From the NCBI GenBank assembly GCA_051439505.1, contig JBFRWI010000002.1, positions 1 to 64,000 on the forward strand: a stretch of DNA of 64,000 nt, read 5' to 3'. Below, piece by piece: positions 27,999 to 37,220 of this stretch. The position numbers were made by a program, and so were the translations under genes. Origin of the DNA: Hormoscilla sp. GTDB lineage: Bacteria; Cyanobacteriota; Cyanobacteriia; Cyanobacteriales; Desertifilaceae. The notes beneath the pieces were generated by a model. It was not told the DNA's origin and made no database searches. It saw only the letters and a program-made list of their open reading frames with translations. Within the stretch, counting starts at the first letter, position 1. The number at the start of each line of letters is the position of its first letter.

Positions 27999-29336
27999 CT
28001 ATTTTTGCTTGAGGATTAGCAAGGTAATATCATCGTAAACCTTTTGCGCGCCAATATGTTGCTGTAAGTCAGCGATTACTGCCTGCTTGATAGCTTCCGC
28101 CGATCGCTCTCTATAGCTGCGTACTACTTCAACTAACCGCGACATCCCGTAATACTGCTTATTAATATCTTCAGCTTCAGTAATGCCATCAGTATAAAGC
28201 ACCACCACATCACCCGCACTCAATTGAATTTCCGTTTGCGCTATGAATTCAGCGATATCATACTCTAAGCCAATAGGAAATCCCAAATCTATCGTATCGA
28301 TCTCCTCGACAGTGCCGTTAGATCGCACGACGATCGCTTCTTCATGTTGACCTGTTAAATAGAGTGTGCCATCAAGATAGTCCAGCAAGCACAAGGTCAT
28401 GTTTCTATCAGAATTCATTCGCTGTATGTTTTTATAAATGGTGCGGTTAAGAGCAGATAAAAACAGCTTGTGGTCGGTTTGCTTGACTTCCAATAGCGTC
28501 CTGACAGCTGTCTGGACCATAATCATTAACACGCCACTTTCTAAGCCATGTCCCGTGACATCGCCAATAGCAATTTTAACCAGGTCGTCGCAGTACAAGA
28601 CATCGTAGTAATCGCCGCCAAATTCGGTAGCAGTTTCCACAAAACTGGCAATTTCTAGGCTATTAACTTGACAGAGTTCCCCAGGATTGGGTAAAATCAT
28701 GGCGTGCAGTTGGCGAGCAATATCTAGCTCGGCAGTCATCCGCATATTTTCGGTTTTGAGGCGCTGGTTGAGGGCGGAAATTTTCTGGTTAGCTATTTGC
28801 AATTTGGCAGTGCGTTCGGCAACTTGATGCTCTAGAGAAGCATTGAAAATTTGTAATTTATGGTTGAGGGCTTCTAATTCTTCAGTGCGTTTGGCAACTT
28901 GATGCTCTAGAGAAGCATTTAAGGTTTGTAATTCCTGGTTGAGAGCTTCTAATTCTTCAGGGGTGCGCAGGGATAGAAATTGTGGGAGCAAAGTTACCAT
29001 TTGTCCAGCAGTGTAGCAGGAAACAAAAGCGGTAATGGCTTGCTCGACACCGGAGAGCCAGTAAGCAGGATGCCAGAGGGTCCAAATCTCTAGCAGGTGA
29101 CCCAGGCCGCAGAGGATAATAAAGGCTCCGAACAAGGCAAAGACTCCCAGAAAGGGCACGTTCCTCCGCCTGTAGATAAAATAGATCAGCATCGCCGGAA
29201 TGGAAAAATAGGCGATCGCGATTAGCAAGTCGCTCAGGGCATGCAGCCATACCAGTGGTGACTGCCACAGGTAACAGTGACCGTGAGGGATGTATTGACT
29301 GGGCGAGAAAATAGTTTTGAACAGCTCGGAAATCAT
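27999..29336 (-). CDS. ETR1-type ethylene-binding domain + coiled coil + SpoIIE/PP2C phosphatase
   Basis: SDLLIAIAYFSIP, FGAFIILCGLGHL; GGDYYD, IGDVTGHG, LYTDGITEA, DDITL. Confidence 0.85.
   Translation of the reverse strand: MISELFKTIFSPSQYIPHGHCYLWQSPLVWLHALSDLLIAIAYFSIPAMLIYFIYRRRNVPFLGVFALFGAFIILCGLGHLLEIWTLWHPAYWLSGVEQAITAFVSCYTAGQMVTLLPQFLSLRTPEELEALNQELQTLNASLEHQVAKRTEELEALNHKLQIFNASLEHQVAERTAKLQIANQKISALNQRLKTENMRMTAELDIARQLHAMILPNPGELCQVNSLEIASFVETATEFGGDYYDVLYCDDLVKIAIGDVTGHGLESGVLMIMVQTAVRTLLEVKQTDHKLFLSALNRTIYKNIQRMNSDRNMTLCLLDYLDGTLYLTGQHEEAIVVRSNGTVEEIDTIDLGFPIGLEYDIAEFIAQTEIQLSAGDVVVLYTDGITEAEDINKQYYGMSRLVEVVRSYRERSAEAIKQAVIADLQQHIGAQKVYDDITLLILKQK
28808..28960 (-). repeat. 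Coding 75-bp tandem duplication (EELEALN..LQ..NASLEHQVA.RT)
   Basis: Direct reading. Confidence 0.9.
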
Positions 29337-29363
29337 ATCGTTCTCAGGTGAGGATTAACTAAG

Positions 29364-30551
29364 ATGGTAAGCGATCCCTATGGATGGCTGGAAAAATCTC
29401 TGGAAACCATACACCGCGCTAACTGGTATCGTCAGGTGGTGACGATTGACAGTCGGCCCGGTCCAGTGGTACAGTTGGCAGGCAGGTCGGTGCTGAATTT
29501 TGCTAGCAATGATTATTTGGGATTAGCAGGAGACCCACGCCTGATTCAAGCTGCCGTTAGCGCCACAGAAGCATGGGGGACGGGTAGTACGGGTTCGCGA
29601 CTGCTCAGCGGACATCGACAGTTGCACCGGGACACCGAAAGGGCGATCGCCTCTTTTAAGCAAACAGCAGATGCGATGGTATTTAGTTCGGGGTATCTGG
29701 CCAACCTGGGGGCGATCGCCGCTGTGGTGGGCAAGCGAGATTTGATTCTTTCGGACCGGTACAATCATTCTAGTCTGAAAAATGGTGCCTTACTCAGCGG
29801 TGCGAGGGTGCTTGACTATGGCCACTGTAACATAGAGGATCTCAAAAGTAAGCTGCATCAGCATCGAGAGGAATATCGCCGCTGTGCGATCGTCACCGAT
29901 AGCGTGTTCAGTATGGATGGGGACTTATGTCCCTTGCCCGAGCTGCTAGACTTAGCAGCAGAGTTCGGCTGTATGCTATTGATAGATGAAGCCCACGCCA
30001 CAGGGGTCTTGGGTGCTACCGGTGCTGGTTGCGTAGAACATTTTGGGCTGCGGGGACGAGAATTAATACAGGTTGGTACCCTCAGCAAGGCATTGGGTAG
30101 TTTGGGCGGTTATGTTGCTGGCAGTGAAATGCTAATTGATTTTCTCAGAAATCGCGCCCCAGGCTGGATCTATACTACTGGACTAACTCCAGCAGATACT
30201 GCCGCTGCCTATGAGGCGATCGGGATCTGCCAAAGGGAACCCCAAAGGCGCGCTCAACTGTGGCAGAATATCACTTACACCAAACAGCTAATTTCCCAAC
30301 AACTGCCCCTATGCCAACTTTTTCCCTCTGAGTCTGCCATCATCTGCATTAAACTAGAGAATGCAGCAGATGCCTTAACAGTGGGAGAGAAACTGAAAGC
30401 TGCGGGGATTTTTGCCCCTGCCATCCGCCCGCCCACCGTCAGTACCAGTCGCATTCGCATCTCACTGATGGCGACCCATGAAGCAACTCACCTGCATCAG
30501 TTAGTTGCTGCCCTCGATCGGATAATCCCTCCGCGAGGGGAAGCTTTATGA
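29364..30551 (+). CDS. bioF: 8-amino-7-oxononanoate synthase
   Basis: [45 protein letters not shown]. Confidence 0.96.
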   Translation: MVSDPYGWLEKSLETIHRANWYRQVVTIDSRPGPVVQLAGRSVLNFASNDYLGLAGDPRLIQAAVSATEAWGTGSTGSRLLSGHRQLHRDTERAIASFKQTADAMVFSSGYLANLGAIAAVVGKRDLILSDRYNHSSLKNGALLSGARVLDYGHCNIEDLKSKLHQHREEYRRCAIVTDSVFSMDGDLCPLPELLDLAAEFGCMLLIDEAHATGVLGATGAGCVEHFGLRGRELIQVGTLSKALGSLGGYVAGSEMLIDFLRNRAPGWIYTTGLTPADTAAAYEAIGICQREPQRRAQLWQNITYTKQLISQQLPLCQLFPSESAIICIKLENAADALTVGEKLKAAGIFAPAIRPPTVSTSRIRISLMATHEATHLHQLVAALDRIIPPRGEAL

Positions 30552-30680
30552 ATTATTTGTGAAGATTCATTGCTGGTCGGATAATTGCTGCTATTTTGAT
30601 TAAACTAGACAAGTATGCTGTGGGCGCGAGTCTGTGGGCCACAACACAAATCAGCCAAGGTGATGAGGAGTACAAAAAAC

Positions 30681-31544
30681 ATGATTCGATATTTAAAGCT
30701 GCTGCAAATTATCCCAGTGACAATAGTGAGTTGGGGAATCTTCTGGGGTTTGACTGGGCCAATAGCATGGAGTCTGGAATCCTCTCAAGAGGAGATGGCA
30801 GAAGTTGACAGTACCAAAGCCGAAGACTTATTGCTGTCTGGAGAAACAGAGATATTGCTGTCGGAAACTTGGCAATTTAATCAGAAAATAGATGACCGCA
30901 GGGAAATCGCCCAATTAGGAGATGATGCGGGCACAAGTGGCTTTGCGATCGTGCCCAAAGCAGGTACTCTGGGGTTGGGTGCAGATGTGGTAGCACAGAT
31001 AATACCGCATCTGAACGGTCGAGTGGGGATAAGCGGCTTGGGGATAGATGTAGAGGTGAGTTCAGATGAAATAGATTATGATGGAGATGTGAATTTGGGG
31101 GGTGTCCCTTTGTTGCTTGATTGGTATCCTGCCAAGAGTGGTTTTCGCGTCACGGGTGGATTAGTCATCAACAATAACGAAATTGATTTGGATGCCAAGG
31201 GTCGCGATGAAGACAGAACGATTACAATCGGCGATCGGTCCTTTACGGTTAACGACGTGGGAGATCTAGAGGGGGAAGTTGAATTTAATGACATAGCGCC
31301 GTACATTGGCATTGGATTCGGGAATCCGGTAAAACCGGGAAGACAGTGGGGTTTTACGGTGGATCTGGGCATCATGTTTCAAGGTGCAGGAGATGTAAAT
31401 ATCAGGGCAACTAATGCATCTCAAGCAGCACTGGATCTGGGACTGAATGAGCAACTAGAAAGGGAAGAAGATGACATTCAAGATGAAGTAGATAATTTTA
31501 AGGTGTACCCGATATTACAGATTGGGGTAACCTACCAATTTTGA
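30681..31544 (+). CDS. Outer-membrane beta-barrel protein, copy 1
   Basis: Signal-like N-terminus, KAGTLGLGAD, APYIGIGFG, C-terminal GVTYQF. Confidence 0.8.
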   Translation: MIRYLKLLQIIPVTIVSWGIFWGLTGPIAWSLESSQEEMAEVDSTKAEDLLLSGETEILLSETWQFNQKIDDRREIAQLGDDAGTSGFAIVPKAGTLGLGADVVAQIIPHLNGRVGISGLGIDVEVSSDEIDYDGDVNLGGVPLLLDWYPAKSGFRVTGGLVINNNEIDLDAKGRDEDRTITIGDRSFTVNDVGDLEGEVEFNDIAPYIGIGFGNPVKPGRQWGFTVDLGIMFQGAGDVNIRATNASQAALDLGLNEQLEREEDDIQDEVDNFKVYPILQIGVTYQF

Positions 31545-31657
31545 TGGAGTTCGTAGTAAACGCGAAGCGCGTTTGCCAGAGTTCGTAGTGGCTGCGATCC
31601 ATTTGGGAAAAACAATGCTAGAATTGGTTTAAGGATCGTCGTCTTAGTCGGTTTTAA

Positions 31658-31938
31658 CTCAGATCTTGTACCATTGTCAATTAATCGATTAGTCTCCTGG
31701 CCCGCCGTGGGTTAAAAACCACGGCTAATAGCTGAAGTCGGTTGAAAACCGACTCTCTACCTTATAAATAAAGTTTTTTCCCTCGTTCCTCTCGTCCCTA
31801 CAGGCGACCTCGTTTTACCGAGGGGAAATCTTTATCTAGACAAGGCATACAGTGGGTTTTAACCCACTTAAGCTATTAGCCAGGGGTTTTAACCCCTGGC
31901 GGGGTAGCGGGCTTTTTGACAATGGTGCAAGATCTCAA
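31658..31938. mobile_element. MITE (TIR CTCAGATCTTGTACCATTGTCAA / TTGACAATGGTGCAAGATCTCAA) with an internal REP-like inverted pair
   Basis: Flanked by duplicated TTTTAA; internal ~52-bp inverted repeats at 31701-31754 and 31851-31903. Confidence 0.8.
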
Positions 31939-32029
31939 TTTTAACCGACTTGAGCCGAGTTACCTGGCTCCTGCCTGGTAACTCGGGGGTGGGACGGCGG
32001 ACTAACAGCGAAGTAAGGGGATTACTGAG

Positions 32030-32881
32030 ATGATTAGATATGTCAAGTTGCTGCAAATTATCCCAGTTACAATAGTGAGTTGGGGAATATCCTCGGGTTT
32101 GACTGGGTCAATAGCAGCAAGTATTGAGTCAAATGCAGAGGAAGTTGACAGTATCAAAGCAGAAGACTTATTGATGCCTGGAGAAACCGAGATAATCCTG
32201 TCAGAAAGTTGGCAGTTCGATCGGAAGATTGATGACCCAGAAGAGATCGCCCAAGTGCCGCTTTTGGGCCTCAGTGGGTGGGCGATCGGGCCAAAAGCCG
32301 GAACCCTAGGATTAGGTGCAGATATAGTCAAAAGTATCCTGCCAAATCTGAATGCCCGAGTCGGGTTAAGCGGCTTGGATATAGGAGTAGATATCAGTTC
32401 TGATAACATTGATTATGAGGGGGATGTAAATCTGGGAGGTATCCCCCTGTTGGTAGATTTTTATCCACTTTTTAGTGGCTTTCGGGTCACGGGTGGATTA
32501 GTGATCAACAATAACAAGATTGAGGTGGATGCCAAGGGTCGGGATGAGGACGGGAGTATCAGAATAGGCGATCGGGATTTTACAGTGAGGGATGTGGGAG
32601 ATATCAAGGGTGATGTAGAATATAACGACATTGCCCCGTACATTGGGATTGGATTCGGAAATCCGGTGAGACCGGGAAAAAGCTTTGGTTTTTCAATAGA
32701 TATCGGGGTAATGTTTCAAGGTGCCGGAGATGTAAGTCTGAGGGCCACTAATCCGAGTCCAGCAGCGCTATCCGCCGGAATTAACGCCCAACTGGAAAGG
32801 GAGGAAGATGACCTTCAAGATGAGGTTGATAAGATTCAAGTATACCCGATATTACAGATTGGGGTAACCTACCAATTTTAA
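32030..32881 (+). CDS. Outer-membrane beta-barrel protein, copy 2
   Basis: Paralog of 30681-31544 with the same VYPILQIGVTYQF end. Confidence 0.8.
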   Translation: MIRYVKLLQIIPVTIVSWGISSGLTGSIAASIESNAEEVDSIKAEDLLMPGETEIILSESWQFDRKIDDPEEIAQVPLLGLSGWAIGPKAGTLGLGADIVKSILPNLNARVGLSGLDIGVDISSDNIDYEGDVNLGGIPLLVDFYPLFSGFRVTGGLVINNNKIEVDAKGRDEDGSIRIGDRDFTVRDVGDIKGDVEYNDIAPYIGIGFGNPVRPGKSFGFSIDIGVMFQGAGDVSLRATNPSPAALSAGINAQLEREEDDLQDEVDKIQVYPILQIGVTYQF

Positions 32882-32897
32882 TTGGGTTCCTAGGGTG

Positions 32898-33126
32898 GAA
32901 TGTCACTGACTGAAGCTGTCATTGCGATTTTTCGCGCAGCGTGGGGGGATCCCCAACCGAGATGAAAGAAAACTCCACCAACAGACCCCCCGAAGCAATC
33001 TCCCTACTAACGGCTGGAGGTTGAGATTGCTTCGGGGGGGATGCTAGTGTAAGATGATGATGATTCGCTTTGGCACCCCCCCTCGCAATGACATTAACAA
33101 CTTGATCCCTTAAGTCAGTGCCATTC
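32898..33126. mobile_element. MITE-like element (GAATGTCACTGACTGAAG / CTTAAGTCAGTGCCATTC) enclosing a TGTCATTGCGA...TCGCAATGACA palindromic element
   Basis: Outer TIR matches 16/18; inner 11-bp IR at 32917-32927 and 33083-33093. Confidence 0.65.
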
Positions 33127-33311
33127 TTCGTAGGGTAGGCACCGCCCACCATGCTAGTTCGTAGGCACCGCCCACCATGCTGTAGCGCCAAATTTGCTCG
33201 CCACTGCCGCTGCCGCGACAACTTCACGATGAATGAAGAGCAAAATTTACTTGCGTTAGGGTCCATAATGGTAAAATTACTCTTGAACAACAATAATAGG
33301 AGCATTATTCC

Positions 33312-33746
33312 ATGGCCCTGACAGCAGGTACAGTCGCGCCCGACTTCACCGTGAAGGACACCAACGGCAACACCGTCAAGCTATCCGACTTCGCGGGCAA
33401 AACCGTCGTGCTATACTTTTACCCCAAAGACGACACTCCCGGCTGCACCAAGGAAGCCCAAAGCTTCCGAGATAACTATGCGGAGTACCAGAACAAGGAT
33501 ATGGTCGTTTTGGGAGTCAGCACGGACGACGAAGCATCCCACAAGCAGTTTACCGAGAAATTCGGCCTGCCGTTCCAATTGCTGGCCGATACCGACGGTG
33601 CAATTATGAAGGCTTACGATGTCGATGGGGGCGGCTATGCCAAGCGCGTCACTTACATTATCGACAGTGAAGGCAAAATTTCCCAAGTCATCGACAAAGT
33701 GCAAACTGCAACCCACGCCCAGGATATTTTAACGTCCATGTCCTAA
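33312..33746 (+). CDS. bcp: Peroxiredoxin Q/BCP
   Basis: VVLYFYPKDDTPGCTKEA, RVTYIID. Confidence 0.93.
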   Translation: MALTAGTVAPDFTVKDTNGNTVKLSDFAGKTVVLYFYPKDDTPGCTKEAQSFRDNYAEYQNKDMVVLGVSTDDEASHKQFTEKFGLPFQLLADTDGAIMKAYDVDGGGYAKRVTYIIDSEGKISQVIDKVQTATHAQDILTSMS

Positions 33747-33845
33747 TAAAAGTTGAGTCGGACGGGGCATCTCATTGCATCTCGTTCCCAGGTAGAACCT
33801 GGGAACGTCTATTAAAGGCTCTGCCTTCAGTGCCAAGGAAGGCTC

Positions 33846-34082
33846 TTAGCTTCTCCGACAGTTTTTCTGGTTCATTCTCACGCAGGTACAATAATTGCTC
33901 GCGCACTTCTTTCTTGCACCTTCTTGACATCGCCCCGCAAGCTGCCTCTTGACGCGGATATTCGTGATGGGTATTTTTGAGAGCGTTGCTTCTTTCAAAA
34001 TTCCCTCGGATATACCTATGGAAATACCCTCCATCTGTTCGAGAACATCATTGGGATATCTGCGCAGCGAAGGCATCGCCAA
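33846..34082 (-). other. Cys-rich ORF overlapping the protease stop; possible frameshifted C-terminus
   Basis: Open frame ending RCQEGARKKCASNYCTCVRMNQKNCRRS*. Confidence 0.35.
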
Positions 34083-34782
34083 GTTCCATTAAACGTCTTA
34101 TCTTTGATGGTAATTTGTTGAAAATAATCGTAGTGGGAATACCGATGAAACCTTGCCAAGGTTTCTCACGTATGTGTATCCCTATTACGTGACCGTTATT
34201 ATCGAGGACTGGTCCACCACTCATACCTGCTTTTGTTTGCTCCTCCGTATTATTTGCATTATAGAGCAAACGGTAATCATTGACTTCTGGATCTACATAT
34301 CTAGGATTCACCATGTTCAGATGAGAAAGCTTAAAAGTATTCTCCCCTTTTGACCAACCAAAAACGTATATAGATCCAGTTCGTTTGCCAAAATGTCCTA
34401 GCTTCGCCACTTCATAATTGTTTTCTGTGCTCTCGAACCGCAATACTGCTAAGTCCACGCCTTTCCGTCTGTCAATCTTGCTAGATCTAACCATATAGAT
34501 TTTGCCATCAGGAGTCTCAACCTGATATGATTGTTTTTCTCTTACCACATGCTCTGCTGTGAGGACGTAGTAAGTTTCGTCGTCCCGAGCAATTATCACC
34601 CCTGTTCCCTCAGTCTTCCATCGCCCCGGATATAGTATGTTGGGTCTGTTAATTTTTACCGCCATCGCTTTAGCACGATTCTCGACCTGACGAGAAGTGA
34701 GTGCTGATTGCGCTGGCACCTGAGAAAGCATGACTATTGCGGTGCCGATCAATGCTGCTGGTAGCTTATTGGATAAATTCAT
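34048..34782 (-). CDS. Secreted trypsin-like serine protease (subtype B), possibly truncated
   Basis: MNLSNKLPAALIGTAIV signal; VLTAEHVV, VDLAVLRF, AGMSGGPVL. Confidence 0.82.
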   Translation of the reverse strand: MNLSNKLPAALIGTAIVMLSQVPAQSALTSRQVENRAKAMAVKINRPNILYPGRWKTEGTGVIIARDDETYYVLTAEHVVREKQSYQVETPDGKIYMVRSSKIDRRKGVDLAVLRFESTENNYEVAKLGHFGKRTGSIYVFGWSKGENTFKLSHLNMVNPRYVDPEVNDYRLLYNANNTEEQTKAGMSGGPVLDNNGHVIGIHIREKPWQGFIGIPTTIIFNKLPSKIRRLMELGDAFAAQISQ

Positions 34783-34809
34783 TCAATCTTCTCCTTCTTC
34801 AACATTGTT

Positions 34810-36201
34810 TTAGATTTCAATAAGCTCCCGGTCTTCAATAAGCTCCGGGTCTTTTTTATAACGTCTAACTTTTTCATCATAGTGATATACCAAGTAATAT
34901 CTCTTGTCTTCTTTCGTTGGATCGATCAATCCAACAATTACTTCTGGTTCTCTAGTCTCGTTTTCACCATCTAAATCTCGAACCTCAATAGCCCAAACTT
35001 TGCCTCTATCTGCAACTGGCTTTTCGTCTTCAATTGTAACATTGCGTGTATCTATTTGAGCTTTTCTTCTTTCTATTTCTAAACTATAGTTCCTTTCCCG
35101 TACAGATCCGGATATTATTGCCTGCACACGTTGAGAGCAATTATCATCATTCTCATTAAAATAATATGTAGATACTAGAGGGAATTTTCCGGACTGTGCC
35201 CCGGTTGAATTGCACTGTAACGCTGGCTCTCTGGGGTCTGTTACAGTTGTTTCTGGCGGCGTTGGCGGCTTTGGTTTTGGCGGCGGCGCTGGTTTTGGCG
35301 GCAGAGGAACAGGTGAAGGTATAGATGGGGGAACCCCGGCTATCGGAGGGTTGATTATAGAAGCATACTTTGGCTCTCTCAACTTGTCAATCGCGATCGC
35401 CCAGCTAGAGTTTTCGAGCAGGTCTCTTGACCTGTCAACTGGGTCGCCATTCCTATACACATAAAAATCTCGATTTCCTTGCCCAAAAGGTATAGGATGG
35501 CTATGCTTACCATTAATCCCAACAACCTCACCATTGCTATTGAGCAGTGGTCCCCCACTCATCCCCTTTTCTATATCGACATAATATCCCACTCTGTAGC
35601 CCATTTCCATCTCCCGATCGAGGATCAAAGAAATCTCCCCTGACTCGCATTTAAATCCTCTTGAAACAGACGGATCTGCTATGATTGGAAACCCCGCTGC
35701 CAACACTATTTGACTCGGTTCTAGAGTAGATGTGGCTCTGAAAGTGGCTATCTCATACTTACTTGTACTATTGAACTGCAATATTGCAAGATCGTCAGCT
35801 AAACCGTTCTCGTCGTAGCGTTTTATCAATTTCGCCGCATATAAACTGTCATCATGAGTTTGAACTTGATAATCCCTATTGTCCCCAACTACATGCGCCC
35901 TATTGTCCCCAACTACATGCGCATTAGTCAGAACCTTATAAAGCCTTTGTGTTCCCTCAACTTTTTTCTCAATCAGAATTCCTGTACCCTCAGCAATTCG
36001 ATTTTCTGACAATATCTTGACAGTGAATTTTTCAGCCCGATCGCACACTTGCTTCTCTGATAATTCAGTTTGTTTTAGGAATGAGTTGCTTAAGGTGATA
36101 TTTTTTTTCAAGTAATGGATAGCAGGTTCCTGTGCTGGCAGATGGATGCACAAAATGCCAACACAAACCCCTGCGATCCCTAAGCTCCAGTTCATCATCA
36201 T
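34810..36201 (-). CDS. Secreted trypsin-like serine protease (subtype A) with Pro-rich linker and unknown C-terminal domain
   Basis: VLTNAHVV, DDLAILQF, KGMSGGPLLN; PPKPAPPPKPKPPTPP linker. Confidence 0.87.
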   Translation of the reverse strand: MMMNWSLGIAGVCVGILCIHLPAQEPAIHYLKKNITLSNSFLKQTELSEKQVCDRAEKFTVKILSENRIAEGTGILIEKKVEGTQRLYKVLTNAHVVGDNRAHVVGDNRDYQVQTHDDSLYAAKLIKRYDENGLADDLAILQFNSTSKYEIATFRATSTLEPSQIVLAAGFPIIADPSVSRGFKCESGEISLILDREMEMGYRVGYYVDIEKGMSGGPLLNSNGEVVGINGKHSHPIPFGQGNRDFYVYRNGDPVDRSRDLLENSSWAIAIDKLREPKYASIINPPIAGVPPSIPSPVPLPPKPAPPPKPKPPTPPETTVTDPREPALQCNSTGAQSGKFPLVSTYYFNENDDNCSQRVQAIISGSVRERNYSLEIERRKAQIDTRNVTIEDEKPVADRGKVWAIEVRDLDGENETREPEVIVGLIDPTKEDKRYYLVYHYDEKVRRYKKDPELIEDRELIEI

Positions 36202-36253
36202 CTCAGCTTAAGTTATAATTTGCTGATTTTTCCCTGCTACTGAAACTATTCTA

Positions 36254-36805
36254 CTATTCTGCCTGATTGTCGTAGAGCAGTTCTTCCACATCAATGTATA
36301 AATTACCTTCCCAGTCGTATATTTTAATATGCTGGGACTGATTGAAAGACGAACTCCGATCGCGCGCATCAAGTAGCTTTTCAAGAACCGCGTTTGGATC
36401 TTCGCTCTCGTCCGGCAATATCGTGAATAGCATATTGATCCTGTTGCATGGTACGCCTACTTCTTGAGTACCACACACGACATAATAATTTCCCACTTTT
36501 CCAATGTTAAAATATTTAAGCTCCTCGGACTCGTGTAAACGCTGGAATCTCTTAGAAACCTCTTTACAGCGCTTCTCCGGTGTCCAGCCTGACAGGGCAA
36601 AAGCTTCAGAACGCCAGCGAATCAGAGGAATTGGTCCTCGGGAGGCTTTATACATTGTCGTTTGTATACCATTCCTCTTACGGCAGAAGAATAAAGTCTC
36701 GTCGCGTTGAGCACTTTCAGCTGCACTCGGCCTGTCTAGAGCCACCGTAGCCCCTAGCACGCACATCAGCGCTGCCAGGACTTTAGTCAATGTCATCTGT
36801 TTCAT
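36254..36805 (-). CDS. Secreted COP23-domain protein
   Basis: Signal peptide; FFC...RGPIPLIRWRS...GWTPEKRCKEVSKRFQ...VVC...PC...LFTI. Confidence 0.88.
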   Translation of the reverse strand: MKQMTLTKVLAALMCVLGATVALDRPSAAESAQRDETLFFCRKRNGIQTTMYKASRGPIPLIRWRSEAFALSGWTPEKRCKEVSKRFQRLHESEELKYFNIGKVGNYYVVCGTQEVGVPCNRINMLFTILPDESEDPNAVLEKLLDARDRSSSFNQSQHIKIYDWEGNLYIDVEELLYDNQAE

Positions 36806-36844
36806 AAGACTATCTCCTTGATGCTCCTTGATGCCGAATCTAGT

Positions 36845-37115
36845 ATAGCAGTTTTCACCTGAGTCAAGTACACCTCAAGCTGGTGTCTGCCGGTGCTATC
36901 TCGTTTTTCTTTGCCTCGTCCCAATGTCAAGGGTGCGCCTACTTCTAGTTGATAGCCGGATGTATCTGTGATGCATGTAATCTAGCCCGCGCAGGCGGTT
37001 GCCACGCTGCGCTCGCAATGACATTGCTTTGTTCTTGTAGCCGGACCCTTTAGGGTTCGGGCGGGAAGGCCGAGTACCAACAGGTGCAAGACCACACCCC
37101 AATGCAAACCGCTAT
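36845..37115. mobile_element. Composite MITE-like element (ATAGCAGTTTTCA / TGCAAACCGCTAT ends) carrying fragments of three other repeat families
   Basis: Ends match 11/13; internal AGCCCGCGCAGGCGG, TCGCAATGACA and GCAAGACCACACCC pieces. Confidence 0.55.
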
Positions 37116-37220
37116 TTTCTTAGTCTAGCACATGGTACGCTCATGGTACGCACATGACAAAAAATTTTTTCGTGCTGAACTCTCCCTGGCTAGTTAGTGG
37201 CAGATTGCTTTAGGCTATTG

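Noticed and set aside
32919..33305. 128-aa minus-strand ORF
   Set aside because: Made almost entirely of nested repeat elements
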